Positions 26,901-36,546 are shown, counted from the first letter of the stretch. The stretch is 64,000 nt of DNA from Patescibacteria group bacterium (GCA_040390725.1 JAZJXT010000003.1:34502-98501), one strand, 5' to 3'. Notes: generated by a model from the letters alone, not told the origin. Numbers and translations: made by a program.

Positions 26901-28595
26901 TTACCCAACTTCTTGTTGGTAACATTTCTCACAATAAACTATTTCTGGTCTTTCAGGGGCATAGGCTGTGGTGATGGGTGTATTGCATTTCATACAATTT
27001 CTTTTCCATAATTTCATCGGGTTTAGTCGGGAGAAATTATATTTCATTCTGCATTTTTGACAGGAATGAGGTACGGGCATATTCATTTTTCTTAAAAGCG
27101 AAAGTTCCATCAAGCCTATTTTGTATCCGCGATTGCATTCACTGCATTCTATAACTCCATTAAGTATTTCATCATTAGTATCGGAAATTTTATCCGGCAA
27201 ATTCTTAGCATTGATTGTTGTTTTATATTCTATTGGCTGTTCGTCGTACCAAGTAAAGCCCTCTCTTACACATTCTTCTTTTGTTTTTGGAAAAAATTTG
27301 TAGCTAGTAGTTTCATTGTATCCGAATAGGCTCATTTTTAACGGGAAAGTTTCTCCATAAGTCCATACTCTGCCTTGCGGGTCTATGTAGGGATTTTTCT
27401 TCATGTCCTCTATAATTTTTATTTTTAATTTTTCATATTCTTCTTTTGCGTATTCTTTGTTTAAGATGCAGTATTTTTTTCTTTTTAAATTCACGCAACC
27501 GAAATTATTTTTTCCGGCGATAGTCCAAATGGAATATTCTACATCCATACTTTCTGTATAAGCGCAATAAGAGAATTTTACATTACTGACATTTTCTCCG
27601 CTGGAGTGCGCTTCATAAATATTTTCAACATTCGCGCCCCAGCCGGAATAATCATAACAGCCTTTGGCAGGCTCTACAGTGATAAATTGGCAATAACTGC
27701 AATCTTCCGCGCCTTCACAAATATATAACTCTCTAGAATTTTTACATTCATAAATATATTCTCCTGTCGTGTTTACATTTAGAGTACTGCCGGTATATTC
27801 TCGGACTGGTTTTGTCATCCAAAATTCATGTGCTTGTTTTTCAAGTTCTCTTAATTTTATCCAAGAATCCAAACCAAGTTCCTTTATTTTTTTCTCATAT
27901 TCTTCTTTTGAATATTTAACATTAAAAATGCAATACGAAGCTCCGCGCATATTTACACAACCGATGCAATCATTGCAGTTGTAGCAATTTTTAGAAAAAT
28001 AAACATTTACACAATTTCTACATAATTCTGAAAAATATGTTTGATAGCATTTATAAATACCATTTGATTCGTAGCATAATTGTGATTCCCGTGCACGCAA
28101 GCAATCAGATGAGTCTTTCATTTTTAAAAGTATTGAAGAGTTATTTACATTTTCGCAATAATCCGCCCAAAAGGTGAGATAACAATTCCTCAAATACGAT
28201 GCGCCGTTGCAGTATTCAGAATTTATCATTGTTGGAGCGATTACTTCTTGGGCTACCCAAGGGGTTTTTCTAGAGAGCTCATAAATTTGTTCAAAGAAGT
28301 TTTTATTTGGGTCGTAGTCCATAGCGTATTCTGTGCCATCCCAATCATCCGCCCACCAGCAATCAGGGCAATACACTGCCACCGGTACATCTTTGTTGTA
28401 CATTGAAAGAACTTTCTTTTGGCATTTATTGCAGTTCCTCCAATACACATTCCATACGTTGTGTGTGGAAAGCCTGCGCACGATACGACAAATCGAGCAC
28501 CAAGTCGGGTGAGGGACATTTATTTTTTCATAATAAAGCTGGTCACGTTCGTCTATCACGAAGTCATTTTTACAGTTTTGGCATACGCCGTTCAT
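26901..28595 (-). CDS. Cysteine-rich protein (about 10% Cys, dozens of CxxC pairs), function unknown
   Basis: 564 aa; CQNCKN, CSICRIV, CNKCQKK, CPDCWW, CRNCVNV, CYNCNDCIGCVN, CSECNRGY, CQKCRMK, CMKCNTP, CEKCYQQ and others; no enzymatic motif recognised. Confidence 0.6.
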   Translation of the reverse strand: MNGVCQNCKNDFVIDERDQLYYEKINVPHPTWCSICRIVRRLSTHNVWNVYWRNCNKCQKKVLSMYNKDVPVAVYCPDCWWADDWDGTEYAMDYDPNKNFFEQIYELSRKTPWVAQEVIAPTMINSEYCNGASYLRNCYLTFWADYCENVNNSSILLKMKDSSDCLRARESQLCYESNGIYKCYQTYFSELCRNCVNVYFSKNCYNCNDCIGCVNMRGASYCIFNVKYSKEEYEKKIKELGLDSWIKLRELEKQAHEFWMTKPVREYTGSTLNVNTTGEYIYECKNSRELYICEGAEDCSYCQFITVEPAKGCYDYSGWGANVENIYEAHSSGENVSNVKFSYCAYTESMDVEYSIWTIAGKNNFGCVNLKRKKYCILNKEYAKEEYEKLKIKIIEDMKKNPYIDPQGRVWTYGETFPLKMSLFGYNETTSYKFFPKTKEECVREGFTWYDEQPIEYKTTINAKNLPDKISDTNDEILNGVIECSECNRGYKIGLMELSLLRKMNMPVPHSCQKCRMKYNFSRLNPMKLWKRNCMKCNTPITTAYAPERPEIVYCEKCYQQEVG

Positions 28596-28622
28596 TTTTT
28601 GATTATAGCATTTTTATGTATA

Positions 28623-29108
28623 ATGAAGCATATGCAAGAAAACCAAAACATTTTAATACTAAATGACATTCGGAGCGTGGAGAATGTCGGGGCGATGTTT
28701 CGTACGGCTGATGCGGCGGGGATAGAAAAGATTTATTTGGTGGGTGTGACGCCTGCGCCTATTGATAGGTTTGGGCGGAAACGAAATGATTTGGCAAAGT
28801 CGGCGCTCGGAGCGGAAGAATTTGTAAAGTGGGAACAGGCGGAAGATATTTTTTCTTTATTGGAAAAATTAAAAAAAGAAAATTTTAAAATAATTGCGAT
28901 AGAGCAAGATGAAAAGTCTATTGATTATAAAGATATAAAAATAGGGGAGAAGAATGCTTTTTTAATGGGCACGGAAGTTTCTGGAATTCCAAAAGAAGTT
29001 TTAGAAAAATGTGATCTTATTGCTGAGATACCGATGCTCGGCAAAAAAGAATCGCTAAATGTTTCCGTGGCGCTAGGTGTGGCCTTGTTTAGAATGTTGC
29101 AGATTTAA
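28623..29108 (+). CDS. SpoU/TrmH-family RNA 2'-O-methyltransferase
   Basis: …LNDIRSVENVGAMFRTADAAGIEKIYLVG… SPOUT motif 1; motifs 2-3 near the C-terminus (…LMGTEVSGIP…ESLNVSVALGVALF); longer ORF reaches back to 28419. Confidence 0.8.
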   Translation: MKHMQENQNILILNDIRSVENVGAMFRTADAAGIEKIYLVGVTPAPIDRFGRKRNDLAKSALGAEEFVKWEQAEDIFSLLEKLKKENFKIIAIEQDEKSIDYKDIKIGEKNAFLMGTEVSGIPKEVLEKCDLIAEIPMLGKKESLNVSVALGVALFRMLQI

Positions 29109-29114
29109 AGGGTG

Positions 29115-29321
29115 CTATTGTTGGTGTGAGTAGTAATTGCTCGTGTCTATTGTCGTTGTCGTTGTCGTTGTGGATTGTTTATTTTCTTGATTTGTTACAA
29201 ACCAAGCTAAAAATAGCAATGCTAGTATTAAAATAAAACCTTTCAGGTGGCCTGTCGCAGAGTGCTCTTCTTCTGACATATTATTTTTGATGATTAGGGC
29301 AAAAGTGACTGCTTCTGCCAT
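29115..29321 (-). CDS. Small membrane protein with poly-Thr tract (uncertain)
   Basis: 68 aa, one TM helix, TTTTTTT encoded by a hexanucleotide repeat; overlaps the 3' end of mutM by about 40 nt. Confidence 0.3.
   Translation of the reverse strand: MAEAVTFALIIKNNMSEEEHSATGHLKGFILILALLFLAWFVTNQENKQSTTTTTTTIDTSNYYSHQQ
29148..29174. repeat. Hexanucleotide simple-sequence repeat (TGTCGT, about 4 units)
   Basis: tgtcgttgtcgttgtcgttgtgg; in-frame within the small ORF (Thr codons on the minus strand). Confidence 0.7.
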
Positions 29322-30198
29322 TTATAATTTTTCTTATTATAACATTCTTATTATTTTTCTTGCAATCTTTATATCTGCATTGCTCACCATTTCTTCGATA
29401 AGCTTCATGGTGAAGCTGAAATTTACCCGGTAGCCCATAAATATTGCGATAGTCTGACATCGAGTCTCCGCCAAAATTTATGCCTTTTTTCAATAGTTCT
29501 TTTGTTGCTGTATATATTTTTTTAAATTCCAATTCTTTTATTTGTGAGACTTTTCTTTCCGGGTGGATGCTGGCACGCCATAGTATCTCATCGGAATAAA
29601 TATTGCCGATGCCGGCTAGGATACTTTGATCCATTAAAACTGTTTTTATTTTGCCATTTGGTTTTTTGGAAAGTCTTTCTTTTAATACTTTTAAAGTGAA
29701 ATTTTTATCCAATGGGTCTGGGCCGATGTTATTTAAATGCTTGGTATCGTGAGCAGTTTTTGTGTCGAGTAAAGTTATCTTGCCGAACTTTCGCGCATCA
29801 CTAAAAGCTAAGTTTTTATTGTTTGAAAGTGTAAAAACAACATGCACGAATCTATTGTACGGGTCTGCTAAGGGGGAGTTTTTGTCATTCGGAATCCATT
29901 TTTTACTGATAAGGTGATATTTTCCATAAAGCAAATGCCCGGTCATTTTCATGTGGATTAAAATAGTTTTGCCACCAGATAAATTTATCAAAATATTTTT
30001 TGCGCGTCTTTCTGTCGATATTATTTTCTTTCCGGAAATTTCTTTTTTAAAAATAGGAAAATACTTTGCATTGGCAATATTTTCTTTTTGGCGTTTGTCT
30101 TTGGTATTCAAATCAGTCCAAACTTCTTTTATTTTGAGGCCGACGATTTCTTTGCGCAGGCCTCGTGTTGTTGTTTCTACTTCTGGTAGTTCAGGCAT
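29281..30198 (-). CDS. mutM: Formamidopyrimidine-DNA glycosylase (Fpg/MutM, or Nei)
   Basis: N-terminal MPELPEVE with catalytic Pro2/Glu3, H2TH region, C-terminal zinc finger (…CRYKDC…HFCPNHQK). Confidence 0.88.
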   Translation of the reverse strand: MPELPEVETTTRGLRKEIVGLKIKEVWTDLNTKDKRQKENIANAKYFPIFKKEISGKKIISTERRAKNILINLSGGKTILIHMKMTGHLLYGKYHLISKKWIPNDKNSPLADPYNRFVHVVFTLSNNKNLAFSDARKFGKITLLDTKTAHDTKHLNNIGPDPLDKNFTLKVLKERLSKKPNGKIKTVLMDQSILAGIGNIYSDEILWRASIHPERKVSQIKELEFKKIYTATKELLKKGINFGGDSMSDYRNIYGLPGKFQLHHEAYRRNGEQCRYKDCKKNNKNVIIRKIINGRSSHFCPNHQK

Positions 30199-30212
30199 GG
30201 TATGATTATAAT

Positions 30213-31052
30213 ATGAAAAAGTTTTTATTCATATTATTTATTTTCACAATAATTTTTGCGCCATTTGTAAGCTTAAGGGCAGAAAGTATAAATATGCAAC
30301 CCGTTAAGATATTGCTTGTACCGGGGCATGATGATGAATTTGGGGGTGCGCAGTATGGAAATATTAAAGAAGCTGATATGAATTTAGCATTAGCTACTCA
30401 AATTTATAATATCTTTAAAAAAGATAAAAGATTCAAAGTATATATTACTCGTGATTATTCCGGGTATACGAAAGAATTTAAGGATTATTTTTCTGATATG
30501 TCTTTGATTTCTTCTTTTGAAGAAAAAGCTAAAAAAAATATGCAGGCCGAAGTAGAAGCCGGAACTTTTATTGAAAAGGCGGGTGCTCCGCATGCTACTG
30601 CTAAAAAGGGAATGGCTCTTCGATTATATGGTTTTAATAAATGGGCAAATGAAAATAAAATTGATGCCATGATTCATATTCATTTTAATGATTATGTGCG
30701 TTTGCGAAAAGAGGGAACAGGTAAGTATAAAGGTTTTGCTGTTTATATGCCTGACCCGCAGATGCCGAACGCAAATACAAGTGATGCCTTTGCAAGTAGT
30801 ATTTTTAAAGAACTTTCAAAAAAGTATTTAACTAGTAATTTTGGTAAAGAAAAAGGTGGTCTTATCTCAGATCAAAAACTTATTGCCCTAGGTGCTTATG
30901 ATACGCTTGAGTCATCTGTGCGATCTGTTCTTGTAGAGTATGGCTATATTTATGAAAAAAAATTTAGAACTTATGCTCTACGTAAAAAAGCTTATGCGAG
31001 CATGGCGCAGCTGACTTCTGCAGGAATAAAAAATTATTTCTTTAGCCAGTAA
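30213..31052 (+). CDS. N-acetylmuramoyl-L-alanine amidase family 3 (Amidase_3/CwlD-like), secreted
   Basis: Signal peptide; …ILLVPGHDDEFGGAQYGNIKEADMNLALA…DAMIHIHFNDY… matches Amidase_3 zinc-site spacing; start at MKKFLFILF. Confidence 0.6.
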   Translation: MKKFLFILFIFTIIFAPFVSLRAESINMQPVKILLVPGHDDEFGGAQYGNIKEADMNLALATQIYNIFKKDKRFKVYITRDYSGYTKEFKDYFSDMSLISSFEEKAKKNMQAEVEAGTFIEKAGAPHATAKKGMALRLYGFNKWANENKIDAMIHIHFNDYVRLRKEGTGKYKGFAVYMPDPQMPNANTSDAFASSIFKELSKKYLTSNFGKEKGGLISDQKLIALGAYDTLESSVRSVLVEYGYIYEKKFRTYALRKKAYASMAQLTSAGIKNYFFSQ

Positions 31053-31078
31053 TTATTTTTTGTCTAACTTGCGGCCTA

Positions 31079-31639
31079 TTATTTCCCTAAAATTTGTAAA
31101 GCTTCTTTTATTTTTGCATTAGTATTTTCAGATTTGGTTTGTTTTAATGCTTCACGCGCTTCGTTTTGGGAGTAGCCGAGGGATTTTAATGCTTCCAGGG
31201 CGTCGAGTTCTTCTTTTAGGGATCCATCTTTTTCTTCACCCTTAAATTTGTCTCTTAAATCTATGACTATTCTTTCCGCAGTTTTTTTGCCGATGCCGGA
31301 TATTTTTGTAAGGTATGAAGTATCACCCGTACCTATGGCTTTGCGCAAAGTTTCAATGCTCGCTATTCCTAAAATAGCTAGAGCAGATTTTGGTCCGATG
31401 CCGGATACTCCGATTAACATTTCAAAAAATTCTAATTCTTGTCTTTCTAGAAATCCATAAAGGTCCATGGCGTCTTCGCGTACGTGCAGGTGCGTCCAAA
31501 GGAAAATTTCATCCCCGTGTTTGGGGGATTTGGATAATGTGTCAGGGGAGACGTTTATTTTATAGCCGACACCATTTGCCTCTGCTACTAAAAATTTATC
31601 TGTTTTTAGGGTTATTATACCTTTTATGCTTGCTATCAT
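31079..31639 (-). CDS. ruvA: Holliday junction DNA helicase subunit RuvA
   Basis: MIASIKGII…GVGYKINV (OB domain I), two HhH motifs (GIGPKSAL, GIGKKTAER), C-terminal domain III. Confidence 0.88.
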   Translation of the reverse strand: MIASIKGIITLKTDKFLVAEANGVGYKINVSPDTLSKSPKHGDEIFLWTHLHVREDAMDLYGFLERQELEFFEMLIGVSGIGPKSALAILGIASIETLRKAIGTGDTSYLTKISGIGKKTAERIVIDLRDKFKGEEKDGSLKEELDALEALKSLGYSQNEAREALKQTKSENTNAKIKEALQILGK

Positions 31640-31746
31640 TTCTATATCATAGCAGTTTTTCTATAAATTATTTGCTTGACTATATATAACTAAAATGCAA
31701 TAATATAGGCTGTTCTTTTTACCTTAAACCTTAACCGCACAAAGAA

Positions 31747-32223
31747 ATGGAAAAAACAGTTATTGTTATGGAGCATCTCAAGTTTATCGGGAAATTTAAT
31801 TTGTCCGCAGTAAATCAACAAAATTTACGAATTACGGATTTTAATCCGAAGGTCGTCTCTTTTGATGATCACCTAAAGAGTGAATTAAAGGATATTAATA
31901 ATTTATCCTTGCCGTTTCATTGTTTAGAAATTTGTAAATCGAAGATAGTAAAACCTGCTTCCATTTATGAAATAAAAAATAATTTTTCTAAACTTCCCAT
32001 CATTCCTTTTTCCCAGTTTCTGTCACAAACCTTCTTGATGATAAATAAAGAAGGATTTTTAGAAACAAGGAAAAATAATCTTTTTTTTGTTGAGATGAGG
32101 GAGGGTAGTAATATTCCTATTATTGTTGGCAAAAACACTAGCAGCAGTAAGAGTATTTGGCGTATTCGGCGATTGGCCGTTGACTCCAGCCCCTTGTCTG
32201 TAGGCATGGGAGTTTTTCATTAA
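31747..32223 (+). CDS. Hypothetical protein, 158 aa
   Basis: Intact ORF followed by a terminator; no recognised domain. Confidence 0.4.
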   Translation: MEKTVIVMEHLKFIGKFNLSAVNQQNLRITDFNPKVVSFDDHLKSELKDINNLSLPFHCLEICKSKIVKPASIYEIKNNFSKLPIIPFSQFLSQTFLMINKEGFLETRKNNLFFVEMREGSNIPIIVGKNTSSSKSIWRIRRLAVDSSPLSVGMGVFH

Positions 32224-32237
32224 AGATATTATATATA

Positions 32238-32278
32238 GGCATGAGTTCTAAAAGAACTCATGCCTATTATTTTTTTAT
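32238..32278 (+). terminator. Rho-independent terminator
   Basis: ataggcatgagttc-ttttag-aactcatgcctat + TTTTTTT. Confidence 0.75.
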
Positions 32279-32313
32279 TTGCTTTTTTTATGGTTTTCTG
32301 TTAAATTACTTTT

Positions 32314-32565
32314 ATGCCAATAACACAATCAGCTAAAAAAGCTATCCGCGGGTCCCTTAGGAAAAAGGGCTATAATGACCGCAGGAAAAAAGCTATGAAG
32401 GAAGTAATAAAGAAGATTGAGAAAACTGTAAAGGCTGATAAAGCCGGTGCAGAAAAAATGCTCTCAGCTGCATTCAAAGCTATAGATAAAGCAGCAAAAA
32501 CAGGCGTTATAAAGAAAAATAACGCTGCTCGCAAGAAGTCTCGACTTTCTAGGTTAGTTAAGTAA
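32314..32565 (+). CDS. rpsT: 30S ribosomal protein S20
   Basis: 83 aa basic helical protein MPITQSAKKAIRGSLRKK…AARKKSRLSRLV typical of S20. Confidence 0.9.
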   Translation: MPITQSAKKAIRGSLRKKGYNDRRKKAMKEVIKKIEKTVKADKAGAEKMLSAAFKAIDKAAKTGVIKKNNAARKKSRLSRLVK

Positions 32566-32680
32566 AAACAAGAATTAACTTTTACTGGGTCGCTGTCTGT
32601 GCCTGCTGGCACAGCGCTCACTCTCGGCTCGTCAGCCTGCTAGAGACCCATTAAAAGTTAATTCTTGTTTTTTTATTTGT
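32566..32680. repeat. Composite inverted-repeat element / elaborate terminator after rpsT
   Basis: Perfect 19-bp AT-rich inverted repeat (aaacaagaattaactttta … taaaagttaattcttgttt) enclosing a 67-nt GC-rich core with nested stems (tgggtc/gaccca, ctgtgcc/ggcacag), then TTTTTTTATTT. Confidence 0.6.
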
Positions 32681-32694
32681 GATATAATATTTCT

Positions 32695-32973
32695 ATGAGC
32701 CATTTATTAGAATTTTATGGAACAGAGTGTCCGCATTGCGTGCGTATGCATGAGCTTGTGGAGCGCTTAGAAAAAGAAGAAGGGATAAAAGTTGAAAGCC
32801 TGGAGACTTGGCACAATGCTGAAAATGAAAAACGTTTGAATGAAATAGATAAAGATATGTGTGGAGGAGTGCCTTTTTTCTATAATACTGAAACCAAGAA
32901 ATTTATTTGCGGAGAAGCTGATTATGAAACTTTAAAAGCTTGGGCTACGGGCGCACCATTTACTCAAGAATAA
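32695..32973 (+). CDS. Thioredoxin-fold small redox protein (glutaredoxin-like, CPHC active site)
   Basis: 92 aa, N-terminal …YGTECPHCVRMHEL… CxxC motif in thioredoxin-fold position; second Cys pair CGGVP…CGE. Confidence 0.6.
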   Translation: MSHLLEFYGTECPHCVRMHELVERLEKEEGIKVESLETWHNAENEKRLNEIDKDMCGGVPFFYNTETKKFICGEADYETLKAWATGAPFTQE

Positions 32974-32987
32974 ACGTATAAAAAACC

Positions 32988-33785
32988 GTGAATATTATTG
33001 AAGTTAAAAATTTAACAAAAAAGTTTGGAGATTTTATCGCAGTTGACGATATTTCTTTTTCTGTGGAACAAGGAAAAATTTTTGCATTTCTTGGTCCGAA
33101 TGGTGCGGGTAAAACCACTACTATAAAAATGCTTACTACTCTTCTCGAGCCGACGAATGGTGAAGTAAGAATAAATAATTTTAATTTAAAAAATGAACGT
33201 GACGATGTGCGCAGGTCTTTCGGTATTGTTTTTCAAGATCCGAGCCTCGATGATGATTTGACTGCTTATGAGAATATGGAATTCCATGCCATTTTATATG
33301 GTGAAAATAAAGCGACTCGTGTAAAAAGAATCGAAGAGCTTTTGAAATTGGTGGAATTGTGGGACAGAAAAAAAGATTTTGTGAAAACTTTTTCCGGTGG
33401 CATGAAGCGTCGTCTCGAAATAGCACGTTCCCTGATTCATACACCAAAAATTATTTTCCTCGATGAGCCGACCGTCGGCCTCGACCCACAAACTAGGAAT
33501 CATATTTGGTCTTATGTTGTGAATCTTTCCAAGAAAGAAGGTGTGACGGTATTTTTAACGACGCATTATATGGAAGAAGCGGATAAAATGGCGGATGAAG
33601 TGGTTATTATCGACCATGGAAAAATAATCGGCTCAGGCAAGCCGGAAGAATTGAAAAAAAATACCGGGACAAATTCATTGGAAGAAGCATTTTTAAAATT
33701 AACAGGTAAAGATATACGCGCAGATGAAGCCAGCTCGATGGATGTTTTGCGTTCACACGCAAAAATGTGGGGCAAAAAAAGATAA
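32988..33785 (+). CDS. ABC transporter ATP-binding protein (ABC-2 exporter type)
   Basis: Walker A GPNGAGKTT, signature FSGGMKRRL, Walker B IFLDEPTVGLD, H-loop. Confidence 0.88.
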   Translation: MNIIEVKNLTKKFGDFIAVDDISFSVEQGKIFAFLGPNGAGKTTTIKMLTTLLEPTNGEVRINNFNLKNERDDVRRSFGIVFQDPSLDDDLTAYENMEFHAILYGENKATRVKRIEELLKLVELWDRKKDFVKTFSGGMKRRLEIARSLIHTPKIIFLDEPTVGLDPQTRNHIWSYVVNLSKKEGVTVFLTTHYMEEADKMADEVVIIDHGKIIGSGKPEELKKNTGTNSLEEAFLKLTGKDIRADEASSMDVLRSHAKMWGKKR

Positions 33786-33815
33786 GAATTTTAAAATAAA
33801 AAAACAAATAAAATT

Positions 33816-34562
33816 ATGAATGCAATTTATATCCTTTGGATAAGACAATTAAAAAAATATTGGAGATCAAAAGCGAGAATCGTTGGCTCTTTAGGGCAAC
33901 CGCTTTTATTTCTTTTAGTTTTCGGCTTTGGCTTCGGCGGAATTTTCCAAAAAGCCGGGGGAGGGGATTATATTCAATTCCTTGTGCCTGGAATAGTTGC
34001 GATGGCGATAATTTTCACTGCGATTTTTGGAGGCATTGAACTCATTTGGGATAGACAATTTGGTTTTCTGAAAGAAACGATGGTGGCGCCGGTGTCACGT
34101 TTTAATATTATGCTCGGGCGTACTTTTGGCGGGGCGAGCGTAGCAGTTATTCAAGGTATCGCTGTTCTGATCATTTCATTTCTTGTCGGTTTTAAAATGC
34201 ACAATCTTTTGATGCTTTTTCCTGCGTTAGTATTTATGTTTTTAATCGCATTTCTTTTTACTGCTTTAGGCACGGCTATAGCTTCCAAGCTCACCGATAT
34301 GCAAGCTTTCCCTATAATTATGAATTTCCTAGTGATGCCTTTATTTTTCCTTTCCGGTTCAATTTTCCCACTTACAACTGCACCGAAAGCTTTGCAAATT
34401 TTAGGAAAAATGGATCCGCTTTCTTACGGCATAGACGGCTTGCGTTATGCATTTATCGGCACCTCAACACTTAATCCTTGGGTTGATCTTTTAGTTTTAA
34501 TTTTATTCTCTGTCGTAATCCTTTTCATTGGCCGATACCTATTCGAAAAAATGGAAGCATAG
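33816..34562 (+). CDS. ABC-2 family transporter permease
   Basis: 6 predicted TM helices, 248 aa, immediately downstream of the ABC ATPase. Confidence 0.75.
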   Translation: MNAIYILWIRQLKKYWRSKARIVGSLGQPLLFLLVFGFGFGGIFQKAGGGDYIQFLVPGIVAMAIIFTAIFGGIELIWDRQFGFLKETMVAPVSRFNIMLGRTFGGASVAVIQGIAVLIISFLVGFKMHNLLMLFPALVFMFLIAFLFTALGTAIASKLTDMQAFPIIMNFLVMPLFFLSGSIFPLTTAPKALQILGKMDPLSYGIDGLRYAFIGTSTLNPWVDLLVLILFSVVILFIGRYLFEKMEA

Positions 34563-34635
34563 TTTTAAATTTTTATTTTTCTACTAACTTTTACATATGC
34601 ATAAGATAGTAGAATAATTAAAAAAGGCAATAAAA

Positions 34636-34670
34636 AAACACCCCATTGCTGAGGTGTTTTTTTATTGAAA
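34636..34670. terminator. Bidirectional hairpin terminator
   Basis: aaacaccccattgctgaggtgttttttt between the permease (+) and cspA (-). Confidence 0.6.
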
Positions 34671-34671
34671 A

Positions 34672-34869
34672 CTATGCGCGTTGAACGTTCACAGCATTCA
34701 ATCCTTTTGGAGACTCTTCTGTTTCGAAAGAAACATTATCGCCTTCCTTAAGTTCATCAAAAGATACGCCTACAAGTGCATTGCTGTGGAAGAATAAATC
34801 CTTCGCCAAGCCTTCTGCAACTATGAAGCCGAAACCTTTATCAGTGAGTCTTTTTATAGTACCAGTCAT
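34672..34869 (-). CDS. Cold-shock protein (CspA family)
   Basis: 65 aa, RNP1-like KGFGFI and RNP2-like FFHSN motifs. Confidence 0.9.
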   Translation of the reverse strand: MTGTIKRLTDKGFGFIVAEGLAKDLFFHSNALVGVSFDELKEGDNVSFETEESPKGLNAVNVQRA

Positions 34870-35017
34870 TGATTTGATTTGTTTAATTTGTTAAATGAAA
34901 AATAAAGTGTATGTCGACTACTTCTAACCCCTAAATTCCTTACATTAAGTATAGCAAATTACATTTCATTTGTCAAGCAAAGTGGCTATTTTCCCTTAAA
35001 TAGGCTAGTCTGTATCA

Positions 35018-36487
35018 ATGGCAGGAGAAACTATAGTTAGATTTGATAAGGTGTCGTTTGAGTTCGGCGTAAACAAGCCCATTTTAGATGAGGTGAGTTT
35101 TTCTATTCGTAGGGGTGCCAAGCTGACATTGATGGGGCAAAATGGCGCGGGGAAGAGTACTATATTTGGGCTTATTTCAGGAATTAACAAGCCAGAAAAT
35201 GGAATCATAAATATTGTGAATAATGTGAGCATCGCTTCAGCAAAGCAAGTAATTCCACGTGCGGATTTGGAATTAACCGTGCGAGAATTTTTTGAAAAAT
35301 GTTTCAAGGATAAAGTGTATGACATAGATCCAAAGATCGATGAAATTTTGGAAGTGGTGAATCTAAAAGGTCACGAAAAAGTGCATGACAGAGTTATGAA
35401 AACTTTTTCTGGCGGGCAGCAAGCGCGTTTGCTTTTGGCGTCCGCACTCATTCAAAATCCTGATTTGCTTTTACTCGATGAGCCGACGAATAATCTAGAC
35501 AAAGCCGGTATCGCGCATCTGACTAAGTTCTTGGTGAATTACAAAAAAACAGTTCTCGTTATTTCTCACGATGCGGAATTCTTGAATGCTTTTACAGAAG
35601 GCGTTTTGTATTTGGATGTTTACACTAGAAAAATAGAACAATACGTCGGTAACTATTTTAATGTTGTGAAAGATATCACTGCGCGAGTGGAAAGAGAAAA
35701 TATGAAAAATGCGCAATTGGAAAAAGAAATTCAAGCAAAGAAAGATCAAGCGAATGTATTTGCGCACAAGGGAGGACGCTTACGACTCGTCGCGCGACGA
35801 ATGCGCGAGAAAGCTGAAGAACTCGAAGAAGATATTGTCGAAGTGCGAAAAGAAGACAGGACGATACGACCTTTTACTATTCCGGCTCAGCCTGATCTGA
35901 TAGGGGAGATTTTAAGCATTTCGGAATTTACGACGATGAAGAATGGAAAAATAGTGAAACATAAAACAAAAATTTCTTTGAATAAAAATAAGCATTTGCT
36001 TTTGCAAGGTCCGAACGGAATAGGTAAAAGTACATTACTCGAGAGGCTGGCATCGGGGCACGCGAAAGGCGAAACGATAAAAGAGGGGACGCGCATCGGG
36101 TATTATAGGCAAGATTTTTCGACGCTTAATTTTGATGATACTGTGTATCAATCTCTCGCGTCTGCGATGCTCGACGGCGGAGAAAAGTTAGACGAAGAAA
36201 GAATGCGCGCTATTGCTGCAGGGTTTTTAATCACCGGAGAATTTATTCGCACAAAAATTGGAAGTTTATCCGAAGGGCAAAAAGGCTTGGTAGCTTTTGC
36301 TCGCTTGGTCCTCCAAAAACCCGGCCTTCTCATCCTCGACGAGCCGACAAACCACATAAATTTCCGTCACTTACCCATCATCGCCGAAGCACTCGATAAA
36401 TACACCGGTACGATGATACTAGTTTCCCACGTGCCCGAATTCGTTAGTCAAATTAGGATTGATGAAGTACTTGATCTAGAGAAGTAA
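35018..36487 (+). CDS. ABC-F family ATPase (two tandem ABC domains, no TM domain)
   Basis: Two NBDs: GQNGAGKST / FSGGQQARL / LLLDEPTNNLD and GPNGIGKST / LSEGQKGLV / LILDEPTNHIN, with charged linker between. Confidence 0.85.
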   Translation: MAGETIVRFDKVSFEFGVNKPILDEVSFSIRRGAKLTLMGQNGAGKSTIFGLISGINKPENGIINIVNNVSIASAKQVIPRADLELTVREFFEKCFKDKVYDIDPKIDEILEVVNLKGHEKVHDRVMKTFSGGQQARLLLASALIQNPDLLLLDEPTNNLDKAGIAHLTKFLVNYKKTVLVISHDAEFLNAFTEGVLYLDVYTRKIEQYVGNYFNVVKDITARVERENMKNAQLEKEIQAKKDQANVFAHKGGRLRLVARRMREKAEELEEDIVEVRKEDRTIRPFTIPAQPDLIGEILSISEFTTMKNGKIVKHKTKISLNKNKHLLLQGPNGIGKSTLLERLASGHAKGETIKEGTRIGYYRQDFSTLNFDDTVYQSLASAMLDGGEKLDEERMRAIAAGFLITGEFIRTKIGSLSEGQKGLVAFARLVLQKPGLLILDEPTNHINFRHLPIIAEALDKYTGTMILVSHVPEFVSQIRIDEVLDLEK

Positions 36488-36546
36488 GAATTTAAAATAT
36501 ATTAACTTAATAAACATTTATGAAATTTTTTAGTTATAATATAAAT

